Below, piece by piece: positions 37,801 through 46,969 of a DNA stretch of 56,994 bases (position 1 is its first letter; every line of letters begins with the position of its first letter). A program made the translations under genes and the position numbers. Under the pieces are notes generated by a model. That model had not been told where the DNA came from and did no database searches. It was given only the letters and a program-made list of their open reading frames with translations. The DNA is from an uncultured Candidatus Poseidoniales archaeon (GTDB lineage Archaea > Thermoplasmatota > Poseidoniia > Poseidoniales > Thalassarchaeaceae): assembly GCA_964618995.1 (NCBI GenBank), contig CAZUBQ010000001.1:157925-214918 (forward strand), in the 5' to 3' direction.

Positions 37801-39983
37801 GTGGTGAACGATGCTGATGATTCGAGTGTGGTGATCGTTGCCCGTATTGTGCCAGTCCTGCCGATAACGATCGTGAGCGGCACCAGATGATGCCCTCCGC
37901 TGACAGTAGCTGTCGGAATCTGGTCGTTGACTGCGCGCACCATGTCATCGTGTGGCATGTAGGATACTTCGGCCGTGGGGTGCGACACTGCCGCGACGCC
38001 GCCCAGATGCAGACTGCCGTAGTCGGCGGATACCTGAAACAGCGCCATCACATGGTCAGCGTCCACCTGTGCACTGAGCGGAGGCCACATGCTCGGCATG
38101 GTGCTTAGGTTGTCATTCAACGACGCCAGTTCAGTTGTGTCGAGCACCTCTATGTGGCTGGACACGAGGGTGCCGAAACTGTTCTCGAAGATGGTCACTC
38201 CACCCACCTCCATCGATACCTCCAGGTTTGTCACCCCATTGGTCGTGGGATTGAGGGCAAACGACAGCGAGTCCAAGCCGCTGCGCGGCAGCCAGATACC
38301 AACCTGTTTCGTACTCTGCGTGGAGTATGACAGATGATAGGACAGCGATCCAGTGGCTAATCTGTCCTGCCACCCCCACGGACCGAGGTTGTCGTGCATG
38401 AACGCCCACTCCGCTCTGCCATCCAATCCCACATCGATGCGCGGGGACTGCGGAATACCTCCGCCGTCGATATCCACGCGCAGCCACTGCAGGTCGCTGC
38501 TGCTGCTGGACTGCCAGCGGAATTGGACTGAATGCGCGTAGATGGGCGGGCTGGTCAATCCGTTGTTCGACAGGGTCTGCCACGAACCGCTGCCGTCGAA
38601 GGTCGCCTGCAACTGCCCGCTGCCGCTCGCTGAGTAAGCGGAACGAACGCGGCTTATCGGACGGCGGGTGATGAATTCCGGGCTGGTTGCGCTGCCAGTC
38701 CCAGATATGCTGTCGCCGTCCCAGCTCATGCCTGAGAGCGACCAGCCCAACTGTGACGGGTCACGGTTGAAGGTAGTCTCGTAACGCCCTTGCAAGTGGA
38801 CCCCGTGTATGATCGGCGTCGACGAACCAGTGGGCTGATCCATCTTGATTTTCAGGCGCAGGGATGGATGTGCCTCCCAGTCGATAGCTCCGAGGTCAAT
38901 CGAGTCGCCACTGAATCCCGAGAAACCAGCGATTGGCTGTCTGGTGACTCCGTCGATAATCGACCACAGCACCGAGGAACCGCTTGGAACCGTAGCGTCG
39001 ATGCTCATGATGCCGTACGGCCCTGGAGTCGTCATCTGTGAACCAACAGCACCTGGACCGAACGCCGCCGAGGTCCAATTGGCGCCCGTCCCGATAGACC
39101 CCCCTGCGCGCGGCTTGAACTCGATGTCATCCAGGTTCCAGCCGGTGTAGGTGACGCTGCCATCCGTAGTCCCTAAACCGAATCTGACGCGCAGGTCGGG
39201 ATTGTTCTGCACATGGTTGGTGACGTCGTGAGTTATCTGAGAGAAGGAGCCTTGGTTGATTGAGCCGCCATTGTGGGTCCAGACTCTAGACCATGAGCCC
39301 TGTGCATTCTTGACGTCTATGTATGCGTGGTCGTAGTAGTAGTACTCGATTCCCATTCTGCGCCAGAATTTCAGGTCCCAATTGCCACTGCACGCAGTGC
39401 AGTCGACCGTAGGCGAAGTGGCCCAGTAGGGCCCGCCCAAGCGGTTCGGGTAGTTGCCGTTGTAAGTGTAGATCGCCTTCGTGCCGCTGTGCACACCGCC
39501 AGTCTGGCCGAGCGTGCTGTCGTAGCCCCACGCCCAGCCTGCACTACTGGACAAGGACCACCCATGGTTGCTATTCTCGAAGTCCCACTTCACCGCTCTC
39601 GGGAGTATCCTCAACCCGTCGCTCTTGTTGATGTCAACGCGGTCGAGAACCGCTCCAGTCAGGTTCCAGTGCTGCGCTGTGGTCCACGACAAAGCGTCGG
39701 AACGAGCGTAAATCAACGGTTCGAGTGTCAGGTTGAGTGCGGTCACAGCCTGATTGAGCGGCACCTCGAGTTGCAGGCTGTTCGAAGTGCCGTTGGGTTG
39801 TGTCGTCACGGACACCATCTGCGGGGTGTTGACCGAGGTGCGCAGCGGCTGTGACAGCACTTCCGAATTCGAATGGTCAACGGCGGGTGCGAGGGCAACC
39901 ATCCACGATGAGAGAACGAACAACAACAGGATGAAGGTCGCGGGAATCACATGGCGCACGCTACGCTCCATGACCGCCCTCAC
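34830..39983 (-). CDS. Very large (1717 aa) secreted, membrane-anchored multi-beta-domain surface protein with Q/P/Y-rich cytoplasmic tail
   Basis: Signal peptide; N-terminal jelly-roll-like module (WDFE..GW...GWNLDDIEF); Ig/CARDB-like domains; TM; acidic then QQPQGYPQQ tail. Start may be ATG 39971. Confidence 0.85.
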   Translation of the reverse strand: MRAVMERSVRHVIPATFILLLFVLSSWMVALAPAVDHSNSEVLSQPLRTSVNTPQMVSVTTQPNGTSNSLQLEVPLNQAVTALNLTLEPLIYARSDALSWTTAQHWNLTGAVLDRVDINKSDGLRILPRAVKWDFENSNHGWSLSSSAGWAWGYDSTLGQTGGVHSGTKAIYTYNGNYPNRLGGPYWATSPTVDCTACSGNWDLKFWRRMGIEYYYYDHAYIDVKNAQGSWSRVWTHNGGSINQGSFSQITHDVTNHVQNNPDLRVRFGLGTTDGSVTYTGWNLDDIEFKPRAGGSIGTGANWTSAAFGPGAVGSQMTTPGPYGIMSIDATVPSGSSVLWSIIDGVTRQPIAGFSGFSGDSIDLGAIDWEAHPSLRLKIKMDQPTGSSTPIIHGVHLQGRYETTFNRDPSQLGWSLSGMSWDGDSISGTGSATSPEFITRRPISRVRSAYSASGSGQLQATFDGSGSWQTLSNNGLTSPPIYAHSVQFRWQSSSSSDLQWLRVDIDGGGIPQSPRIDVGLDGRAEWAFMHDNLGPWGWQDRLATGSLSYHLSYSTQSTKQVGIWLPRSGLDSLSFALNPTTNGVTNLEVSMEVGGVTIFENSFGTLVSSHIEVLDTTELASLNDNLSTMPSMWPPLSAQVDADHVMALFQVSADYGSLHLGGVAAVSHPTAEVSYMPHDDMVRAVNDQIPTATVSGGHHLVPLTIVIGRTGTIRATITTLESSASFTTDVLNIQNGTTTLTPSWQWLEVYSQHTVSDGVPSSVQFDLVGDNHAITYEHPFDGTSSWSNDDQGMIHWDPVKGVNQTVNGSRVDSTLRFRLNASWDDEEQLALKVRVVLVDGRRSVPRIQHFGLGERLGIENDIEIRSWAMLNDLGNEIPSSRSYLRADAPITVEAQLGFPGMEPWQNPRSGDVAVRVFANSEEVANTTTLNEGLASFQLRTPMSTQDIDYRVDVMSLYGAENISTISLNRTFKIDSLAPMVIDQNIRRYDHLDPSLFQPIRFEVYDRPQLPHQLSLMLWRSWIDDADHNGKTNESEFQAMPLTPPSDLSKAQGNYTFSLDDTDGPVGGVVAGYVSGSDAAGNLVTRGGGSGLDEQLFTYQLKADQPPWITGDGGFLDEGDHSWLHPATRYVLSLPFDEPNGISDVLSVDLSLASNSVMDQLQMTWNQTSGRCTTTSENLVLEGCSVRARQGEITPFTIQLEMRVEFQINWGLPHEGDLRRAPAMTVLDRGGHEHWLELPQLRWRFSSDLAIISESVILEVDSGSVLEHRAWVPPATGLNLTGYVAFQPTGSPPTVPLNVSILLDGQRTLIPTTDGFWEVRLQAPDVSQSHALSFELSGLPPAANDVTDSEASLFWIVVDGNAPTPMEVSSPREGVEIPMTSLSALEIEVVLKEQEQLDIDSLYLHWKVVRANQPGGSAVLAGDLSLMVDGVAVGQSIIATATLDLASQLPSDAHVDSLQLAVWVVGRDLAGNGMYSTTEFNSVRAPFATWDMEQLAADISLTGVSYSRTGTVLSDQTVMVTIELRNGGKAPGTAAVLVYELDGDGNNRSLTPQPITVIVPMDERVTYDIDWVPKGSGEQWVVVSLDGSQWLTGDTIEVDSGAAGGSLANAFEDVPMSYMILFGGLILILAGVVAVALRSGGSREYSYDGTDDDWDDSEDVWEDEQEKKPPAQPAWQEGYTQQPQGYPQQEYAQQPQQWQYGQQQGHYTQQWPEQPPQQ

Positions 39984-40125
39984 TACCCACTAGGATTGTC
40001 AATCTATCGCCGTAACGCGAAGCGTTGCGGCGTGCCCGCGTCTCGCACGCGTGCGAAAAATCGGGCAGATTTTCTTGATGATGTGGCGGCAAACCATATG
40101 CAGCAAGAACCGGTGGCGGTAGTCG

Positions 40126-40827
40126 ATGAGCGAGGACGTCGACGCTGCCAAGCAGGCGGCGGGCATCGCCGCTTGTGACTTCGTGAACAGCGGAATGAGG
40201 GTCGGACTCGGTACTGGCTCGACCGTGCGCTATACAGTGCTTGAACTCGGTCGCAGGATGGTTGAGAATGGACTCGATATCGAAGGCGTCCCGACCAGTG
40301 AGGCGACCGCTGCACTAGCCCGCGAACTTGGAATCCCTCTGCTCGAGTGGCATCAGGTGAGTGGACTGGACGTGACCATCGACGGGGCGGACGAGTTCGA
40401 CCCCGAATTCAACCTCATCAAGGGTGGAGGAGGTGCACTCACAAGAGAGAAGATCGTCGCTCAGGCATCGGCTGCGATGGTTGTGGTGACCGACCCTTCC
40501 AAGCAGGTCCCCGTATTGGGTGCATTCCCCCTTCCTGTCGAGGTGTTGCAGTTCGGCTGGCAGGTCACCGCACGGCACCTTAACCAACTCTGCCCAGGGG
40601 AGGTGTCGAGACGGGGTGGTGATGAGCCATACATCACTGACAATGGAGGCTACATCCTCGACTGTCATTTCGGAGCAACCATAGCCGATCCAGCGGGATT
40701 GGAGACTGATGTTCGCGGCATCTCTGGAGTGGTGGAGGTAGGTCTGTTCACTGGGATGGCGGACGCGGTTGTCATCGGCTCGTCCGCTGGCGTTGAACTG
40801 CTGTTGAAACCAGACGGTAGACTGTGA
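40126..40827 (+). CDS. rpiA: Ribose-5-phosphate isomerase A
   Basis: GLGTGST, DGADE, IKGGGGALTREKIV, TDNG, GVVEVGLF. Confidence 0.97.
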   Translation: MSEDVDAAKQAAGIAACDFVNSGMRVGLGTGSTVRYTVLELGRRMVENGLDIEGVPTSEATAALARELGIPLLEWHQVSGLDVTIDGADEFDPEFNLIKGGGGALTREKIVAQASAAMVVVTDPSKQVPVLGAFPLPVEVLQFGWQVTARHLNQLCPGEVSRRGGDEPYITDNGGYILDCHFGATIADPAGLETDVRGISGVVEVGLFTGMADAVVIGSSAGVELLLKPDGRL

Positions 40828-40879
40828 TGATGAGAAGCACGTCGTTGCGGTCAAATAGGGGATGCGTTCCCGTCGGGGT

Positions 40880-40953
40880 GGGCCATTAGCTTAGTCAGGT
40901 AGAGCGACGGACTCTTAATCCGTAGGCCGCGGGTTCGAACCCCGTATGGCCCG
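40880..40953 (+). tRNA. tRNA-Lys(CTT)
   Basis: Acceptor stem GGGCCAT/ATGGCCC, anticodon arm ACGGA-CTCTTAA-TCCGT, GGTTCGAAC T-arm. No CCA. Confidence 0.97.
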
Positions 40954-40981
40954 TCACTTCCCCCGTATTCGTGAGTTGTTC

Positions 40982-41959
40982 TCAGATGATCTCTGTTCCA
41001 GCCTCACCGCGCAACGCGGCTAACGCCTCTCCTGGCTGGCAGAGCACCACCTGTATCTCTGGGTTGGCATACTTTGCTGACAGCATGGCGCTGACCTTCG
41101 GACCCATGCTACCTGGTGGAAACTGACCCGAATCCATGTGCTGCTCGGCTTCACTGCGACTGATTTCCCTGAGGGTGCGCTCGGATTCCTCGCCGAAGTC
41201 GAGGCGGAGCGCATCGATGGCTGTGCTGATGACTAACATGTCGGCTGCAAGCGAGGTCGCCAGCAGAGCCGACACTCTGTCCTTGTCGATGACCGCATCT
41301 ACGCCAATATGACCATCGCCGAGCTTGATTACTGGAATGCCGCCGCCGCCCGCACACAGCACAACAGCACCGGCACCCAACAGCGCATCAATGGCATCGT
41401 CGTCGACTATCGATAGCGGTGCGGGCGAGGCGACCACACGCCGGGGTCCTTGGGCCGTCACCCCAATCTGCCACTCCTCCGGTACCGCCTCCAGATCATC
41501 GATCAGGGGGCCAATCGGTTTCGTAGGACTAGCGAAGGCCGGGTCATCGGGGTCAACCTCGACACGGGTGAGCAACGTGGCCACCTGTTCGTGTCGTCCT
41601 CGATCACGCAGGGCGGAGTCAAGGCGTGTGGCTATCTCATGGCCGAGCGTGCCTTGGGTCGCCGCCACCCAGTGGTCGAGCCCTTCTGGAGGGGGGGAGG
41701 ATTCTCCATCATCTCGACGCCGGTCGAACAGCGCCTCCTCCATCAGCAGCATCTCACCGACCTGTGGGCCGTTTCCGTGGGTGATGACCACACGTGTACC
41801 GGCTTCAAGCAGGTCGACCACGTCGCTCAGCACTGCATCCATCGCCTCTTGGGCAGCAGCACTCGCTTCACTACCCACAAGCGCTGGGTCAGAAAGTGCG
41901 TTCCCACCGATGGCATAGACTGCCAGCCGGTGGCGCGTCTTGCTCGGAATGTCGGACAT
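40982..41959 (-). CDS. arcC: Carbamate kinase
   Basis: GGNAL, THGNGPQVG, KPIGP, RRVVASP, GGGGIPV, AVIDKD, GSMGPKV. Confidence 0.95.
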   Translation of the reverse strand: MSDIPSKTRHRLAVYAIGGNALSDPALVGSEASAAAQEAMDAVLSDVVDLLEAGTRVVITHGNGPQVGEMLLMEEALFDRRRDDGESSPPPEGLDHWVAATQGTLGHEIATRLDSALRDRGRHEQVATLLTRVEVDPDDPAFASPTKPIGPLIDDLEAVPEEWQIGVTAQGPRRVVASPAPLSIVDDDAIDALLGAGAVVLCAGGGGIPVIKLGDGHIGVDAVIDKDRVSALLATSLAADMLVISTAIDALRLDFGEESERTLREISRSEAEQHMDSGQFPPGSMGPKVSAMLSAKYANPEIQVVLCQPGEALAALRGEAGTEII

Positions 41960-42063
41960 TGAGAGCCCCCGGAGGGGGTATTCCAGCCGGTGTACGGCCA
42001 TCAATGTATTCAGTCGGGCTTGGTCTCGCTTGAAATGGGCGGGGCCGCTGGCCGCCGTCGAAG

Positions 42064-43404
42064 GTGGCTCAAATGGTCAAGACACACTGGATTGGAGCGG
42101 TTCAGGCCGGTGAGTACGACGATGCCGAAGTGGAGTTGAAAGGGTGGGTGCACCGCACGCGCGGCTCGAACAAGATCTGGTTCGTCGTACTGCGCGATTC
42201 AACTGGGCACATCCAATGCGTCATCAAGCGCGAAACGGTCGGCGACGAGACATTCGATGCCCTCAGTGGGTGCCTAATCGAGGCGAGTGTCTGTCTTTCT
42301 GGAACAGTCAACGTGGACGAGCGAGCCCCCGGAGGTCATGAGCTCATTGTCAACGGAGGTGAGGTTGTCGGCCCGGTGGACCCGGACAATCCCTTCCCAA
42401 TCACCGAGAGTTCGATGGCCGAGGCGGATGGCGGCGAGACCGAGTTCCTGCTCGACAACCGACATCTCTACCTGCGCACACAGCGAATGACGACGATGCT
42501 CAAGTTGCGCTCGAGCGTGTTCGGAGCCATTCACTCCTACTTTCGGGACCTCGACTTCGTCGAATATCAGGCGCCCTGCTTCGTCGCCGGCGCGGTAGAA
42601 GGGGGTAGCACGCTGTTTGAGGTGCCGTACTTCGGACGCAAGGCATACCTGACCCAGTCATGGCAGCTCTACGCCGAAGCTGCGATGCCTGCACTGGAAC
42701 GGCTCTACACCATCGCCCCTTCCTTCCGCGCAGAGAAGAGCCGTACCCGCCGGCACCTGACGGAGTTCTGGCACGCCGAGATGGAAATCGCATGGGCTGG
42801 GAACGACGACGTCATGCTGCACGGTGAGGCGCTCGTGCGCGGCATCGCGCGCACATTACTGGACGAACGTGAGGATGAGTTGGCCTCGCTGGACAGAGAT
42901 CTCGACACCGTGGCGCGTTTCGCTGATTCACCCTACCCCCGGATGCGTTACGACGAGGCGATAGAGACGCTCCAAGGAGTTGGTGTCGACATCGAATGGG
43001 GGGACGACCTCGATTACTCAAAGGAGAAGGTGCTCACAGCCGATTTCGACATCCCACACTTCCTCACCCACTACCCGCGCATCGCCAAGCCGTTCTACCA
43101 CCGCCCCGACCCTGACGATGAAAAATTCGTGCTCTGCCACGACCTGCTCGCACCCGAAGGATATGGCGAGATCATCGGCGGAGGCGAGCGTACGTGGTCG
43201 GAACAGGAGATACTGGAGCGCATCGATGAGGAGGGTACCCCCCGAGAACCGTACGAGTTCTACATCGATGTGCGCCGCTTCGGTGGAGTTCCGCACGGCG
43301 GCTTCGGGCTCGGCATCGACAGAGTAGTCACTTGGCTGGCTGGCGCGGAACATATCCGTGAGGCGATTCCTTTCCCGCGCGATTCCCGACGCGTGACTCC
43401 CTGA
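42064..43404 (+). CDS. asnS: Asparagine--tRNA ligase
   Basis: OB domain (GWVHRTR, LRDSTG), YLTQSWQLY, FRAEKSRTRRHLTEF, YGEIIGG, PHGGFGLGIDR. Confidence 0.95.
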   Translation: MAQMVKTHWIGAVQAGEYDDAEVELKGWVHRTRGSNKIWFVVLRDSTGHIQCVIKRETVGDETFDALSGCLIEASVCLSGTVNVDERAPGGHELIVNGGEVVGPVDPDNPFPITESSMAEADGGETEFLLDNRHLYLRTQRMTTMLKLRSSVFGAIHSYFRDLDFVEYQAPCFVAGAVEGGSTLFEVPYFGRKAYLTQSWQLYAEAAMPALERLYTIAPSFRAEKSRTRRHLTEFWHAEMEIAWAGNDDVMLHGEALVRGIARTLLDEREDELASLDRDLDTVARFADSPYPRMRYDEAIETLQGVGVDIEWGDDLDYSKEKVLTADFDIPHFLTHYPRIAKPFYHRPDPDDEKFVLCHDLLAPEGYGEIIGGGERTWSEQEILERIDEEGTPREPYEFYIDVRRFGGVPHGGFGLGIDRVVTWLAGAEHIREAIPFPRDSRRVTP

Positions 43405-43422
43405 TGCAACTGATTGCAGCGG

Positions 43423-44256
43423 TCAAGCCTGTTCTACCTGAATCTTGTCGATCTGCTTTCCTATTCCGTAGAGCAATAGAGAGGCCACCAGAGAGAGCAC
43501 CCCCACCAGGGTTACCGCGAAGGCGGCGAGCGCGACTCCGAGAGAGACCGTGTCGTGGGGGCCACCGATATCCATCACGGCCTTGGCCATCTTGAAGCCG
43601 AGCACGAAGAATATGATCCCAGGGATGCCGAACAACAGGAGTGGATGCTTCGACTCGAGCATCCAATAGAAGAACTGGGCGAACCGCGATGCGCTGGTCA
43701 GGGATTCACGTTGGCGTCCGAGCGGAGTGGCGTCGAGTTCGATGATGCGCACGTCCATTTCCTCCGGGAGTTCAGCCGGGCTGGTGTCGACATCGCAGTC
43801 GGCCAGAATCCGAAGACCCTCGCCGGTCATGCACATCACGGAAATGTCCGCCTGCGAGTAGGTGTAACTACCTTCAGTGACCTGTTCATCCTCACTCAAC
43901 GGAACATCCGCCTTCCCTGAGTCAGATCGGTGTTTGAAAGCGATGTAGATGTCATGGCCGGCCCGTGTGAGGGCCATCTGATGGGGCAGGTTGCTCAGTT
44001 TCCAATGTTCGTCCAATCCAATGGCCACCGTCTGTTCACATTCCCCCATATTATCGAGCAGAGTGCGCGCCAGCAGAGGTGCATGGGAATCCTGAAAGTG
44101 CGCTATGTAGGTCCCTCCTGACTCCTCCACCAATGAGCGAGCCTCCTCATCATCCCCAAGGCCGATGACGATGACCTCGTCAGCGAAGTCCATGCCGCGG
44201 GTGACCGCTGAGCCCAGCCTGAGCGACTGGCCGCGCGCTACGAACACGAGCCTCAT
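43423..44256 (-). CDS. Degenerate GT2-like membrane protein lacking DDG and DxD motifs
   Basis: Collinear with the GT2 at 27569 (KHPLLLFGIPG vs KKPLIVFGAPG, two C-terminal TMs), but the catalytic Asp motifs are replaced. Confidence 0.65.
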   Translation of the reverse strand: MRLVFVARGQSLRLGSAVTRGMDFADEVIVIGLGDDEEARSLVEESGGTYIAHFQDSHAPLLARTLLDNMGECEQTVAIGLDEHWKLSNLPHQMALTRAGHDIYIAFKHRSDSGKADVPLSEDEQVTEGSYTYSQADISVMCMTGEGLRILADCDVDTSPAELPEEMDVRIIELDATPLGRQRESLTSASRFAQFFYWMLESKHPLLLFGIPGIIFFVLGFKMAKAVMDIGGPHDTVSLGVALAAFAVTLVGVLSLVASLLLYGIGKQIDKIQVEQA

Positions 44257-44358
44257 ACGGGCGTTGCGTGACAACCGGTGCTGATTGAACCATTCGGTGG
44301 AGAAGAGCAGTCCCCGTCTGCTTCATGTTCAAAAGCGTGGCGCGCTGCCCTGAACCTC

Positions 44359-45318
44359 ATGTTCGGTGGGCGTCGAATCGCCGTGGTGATGCCCGCTCGT
44401 GATGAGGCGAAGCACATCGCGGCAGCAATCGACTCGATTCCAGAATGGGTGGATGCCGTCGTGGTCATCGACGACGGTTCGAACGACGGGACCGGGGAAG
44501 TAGCGCGAGCGAGAGAGAGAACGGAATCTCCACTTCTGGTCCTGCGCACGAACGGAATAGGAGTGGGCGGGGCAATCTCGGCAGGGTATCGCATTCTCCA
44601 CGACCTAGTGGATGCCGGGCTGCTCCCGAATGGAGACTGGGCGGCGGTGGTGATGGCTGGGGATGGTCAGATGGACCCCCTGGACATTCCAGGCCTGCTC
44701 GCCGGCCTCGAACTGGTACCGTTCGTGAAGGGAAACCGCTTCTCGCACCCAGATGGGCTTGGACGGATGCCATTGCGGCGGCGGGTCGGCTCCCGTATCC
44801 TCTCGCTGTTGACGAGCTTGGCGACAGGCCAGAAGGTGCACGATCCGCAGTGTGGCTACACCGCGGTACGACTCAGTGTCGTACGGCACTGGGATTGGGT
44901 TCACCAGTGGTCGGGATATGGATACCCTAACTGGTGGCTACTGAAGTTAGCAGAGCGTTCAATTCCCTTCAAAGAGGTCCCGGTGCGCTCTGTCTATAGA
45001 AATGAGCAATCGGGAATCAGGGTGCGCAGGTTCCTACCGAAGATATCGTTACTGCTGTTCTCGGGACTGTGGCGCCGCGGCATCGGCTGGTACCTGCTGC
45101 GGCGCAAGGACAGGCACGGCAACAAAGCCGGCCTGGCGACTAGTTCCGCCATTTCATGCAGTTGGTTCGGTTCATGGATAGCACTTGCCGGCATCCCGCT
45201 CATCGCCACTGCCAGCATCTTCGCCGCCCTCGCAGTGTTCGGCGTCGCCATTACTGGATTCTCGATTGCCCGCATCTTGGACAAGACCGAGGTTCAGCGT
45301 CGTCTCAATCCCAGCTAG
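44359..45318 (+). CDS. GT2 glycosyltransferase
   Basis: VMPARDE, IDDGSNDGT, GVGGAI, MAGDGQMDP, KGNRF, DPQCGYTA. Confidence 0.92.
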   Translation: MFGGRRIAVVMPARDEAKHIAAAIDSIPEWVDAVVVIDDGSNDGTGEVARARERTESPLLVLRTNGIGVGGAISAGYRILHDLVDAGLLPNGDWAAVVMAGDGQMDPLDIPGLLAGLELVPFVKGNRFSHPDGLGRMPLRRRVGSRILSLLTSLATGQKVHDPQCGYTAVRLSVVRHWDWVHQWSGYGYPNWWLLKLAERSIPFKEVPVRSVYRNEQSGIRVRRFLPKISLLLFSGLWRRGIGWYLLRRKDRHGNKAGLATSSAISCSWFGSWIALAGIPLIATASIFAALAVFGVAITGFSIARILDKTEVQRRLNPS

Positions 45319-45319
45319 A

Positions 45320-45394
45320 TGGGCCCGCCCGGATTTGAACCGGGGTCTGAAGCTCCCAAAGCTCCGAGCATAGGCCAAACTAACCCACGGGCCC
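45320..45394 (-). tRNA. tRNA-Pro(TGG)
   Basis: Minus strand GGGCCCG...CGGGCCC-A; anticodon arm GGAGC-TTTGGGA-GCTTC; GGTTCAAATCC T-arm. Confidence 0.97.
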
Positions 45395-45433
45395 GATAGG
45401 CCGGTGGTGCGGCGCTCCTGTCATCAACGTTCG

Positions 45434-45931
45434 CTAATACAGCGGCCGCCATCGGCCCTCTCCGATATCGAGCAGCAGCCCCGCCGCCGCGCATGTCTCA
45501 CACATCTGAGTAGCATCTGGTTCTTCGATGCCTAATTTGTCGAGTTCGTCCTGTACATCTCCCTCATTGAGGACTTCATCATTCGTACCGAGTTTTGAAA
45601 GGATCTCAATCAGGTCCTCAGAGGTCAACTCAGGCGGCTCGTTGGCCTCAATGAGAGAATCCTCGGCATCAGCCAACACTCTTTGTTCCAGTTGTGCACT
45701 CAACCCATCGGGTAGATTGGCCAACGCCACCTTGGTCTGCAGTTCCTCAATCTCGTCCACTCTTTCGACGATGCGATGCTCCGCAGCGCTGCCGCAATGC
45801 GGGCAGGTACTGCGCGCAGTACCGGAAATACGACCGAAGCAGATGGCACAATCCGCGCAGCGTAAGACGAAGTGAGTTGCGGCTTGCTTGTCACCGGACT
45901 CATTCATTCTCCAGCCCTCGAGTAGCCTCAC
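45434..45931 (-). CDS. Zn-ribbon protein with C-terminal winged-helix-like region (DUF1922/DUF5817-like)
   Basis: CADC...CPHCG at the N-terminus; ends GLLLDIGEGRWR. GTGA overlap with the upstream gene. Confidence 0.7.
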   Translation of the reverse strand: MRLLEGWRMNESGDKQAATHFVLRCADCAICFGRISGTARSTCPHCGSAAEHRIVERVDEIEELQTKVALANLPDGLSAQLEQRVLADAEDSLIEANEPPELTSEDLIEILSKLGTNDEVLNEGDVQDELDKLGIEEPDATQMCETCAAAGLLLDIGEGRWRPLY

Positions 45932-46566
45932 AGGTCGAAGCTGACATCATCTCTCTTCCGCGGCGTACCCCTGAGGGCTCCACCCTTCGCTTCACCCTCA
46001 CTGCGAGTCAGGCCGCGAACCCGTCCTGTAGCACCCTTGGACTGGAACATGAGGCTGTCGGGCAGGATCAATCCGGCGATTGCGCACCCATGGTGATCTT
46101 CCGCTACTGTCACCTCGTCTACCGCCAACTCGTGCGAGGTCACCTCCAGATCCCGGCTTGCAAGCTTGCGCTTGAGAGTCAGACGCAACAGCGATTCTGT
46201 ATCCTCATAGGACATGTTAGTGGATACGGTAGCCACGACACCGCATTCATCACCTTCAGGTGTGACTGCCAGAGCCCAAGCGGCTCCGGCAGATGCAGTG
46301 CCGCCATCCTCTGCTGTGGCAACAGCCAGATGGCATTCCACCAGCGACCCCATGGGGAGCGATTCAGGTAGCGTAGGGGTGAATCCCATCGGGAGCATGG
46401 CGCCCTCTACGCGGATGAGTCGGGAGTCCCCTAATCCAAGTTCAACGAGGCACTGGTCGAACGCATCCTCGCCAGTGGCGCCCCAAGATGACACGGATGT
46501 CATCAGCCAACCCGAACATGAGCCGCTCGGGCCGCGCGGACCGCTGTCAATGGAGAACTCGGCCAT
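45928..46566 (-). CDS. Pyruvoyl-dependent arginine decarboxylase (PdaD)-like protein lacking the Ser-Ser cleavage site
   Basis: AFDQCL.ELGLGD..LIRV, LP.G, GSLVEC.LA, ASAGAAWA and GCAIAGL match the PdaD layout; the canonical VSS reads VEG. Confidence 0.7.
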   Translation of the reverse strand: MAEFSIDSGPRGPSGSCSGWLMTSVSSWGATGEDAFDQCLVELGLGDSRLIRVEGAMLPMGFTPTLPESLPMGSLVECHLAVATAEDGGTASAGAAWALAVTPEGDECGVVATVSTNMSYEDTESLLRLTLKRKLASRDLEVTSHELAVDEVTVAEDHHGCAIAGLILPDSLMFQSKGATGRVRGLTRSEGEAKGGALRGTPRKRDDVSFDL

Positions 46567-46620
46567 GACGAACCCCAAATGGGCGGGGTTCATAGAGGGG
46601 ACGGAAGGGTCCGCATACCA

Positions 46621-46929
46621 ATGGACTCACGTAGGCTCGTACCATTGCTGGTGGGTGGAGTGCTGGCAGTCATCGCCGCTGCGCTGCTCGCAATCGATGC
46701 TGGAGGTGCGTCAATTGAGGCGTGGGCAGTGCTGTTCGGTTACGGTCTCCTAGCGCTGATTGTTGCCCAATTGCCCTCTCAGTCAGGTGCGACTGATTCG
46801 TCTCGCGCCTCGACGGTTGGGTCAGGGGGCAGCACTACTACCGAATCACGGGAACATGGGAACGCTGCTCACGCCCGCGACCAACTCCCAGACCCACATG
46901 AAGCCGGATTCGACGCGCCGCTGACATGA
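46621..46929 (+). CDS. Small 2-TM membrane protein
   Basis: Two hydrophobic segments and an LPDP...GFDAPL tail. Confidence 0.7.
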   Translation: MDSRRLVPLLVGGVLAVIAAALLAIDAGGASIEAWAVLFGYGLLALIVAQLPSQSGATDSSRASTVGSGGSTTTESREHGNAAHARDQLPDPHEAGFDAPLT

Positions 46930-46969
46930 GCCGAGTTCGCATTGAGGCTAAGCGTTCGGCGAGGACCAC

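Noticed and set aside
8930-45394. Integrated elements at the three tRNA genes
   Set aside because: I saw no integrase, no duplicated tRNA 3' ends and no compositional shift; the flanks are housekeeping genes.
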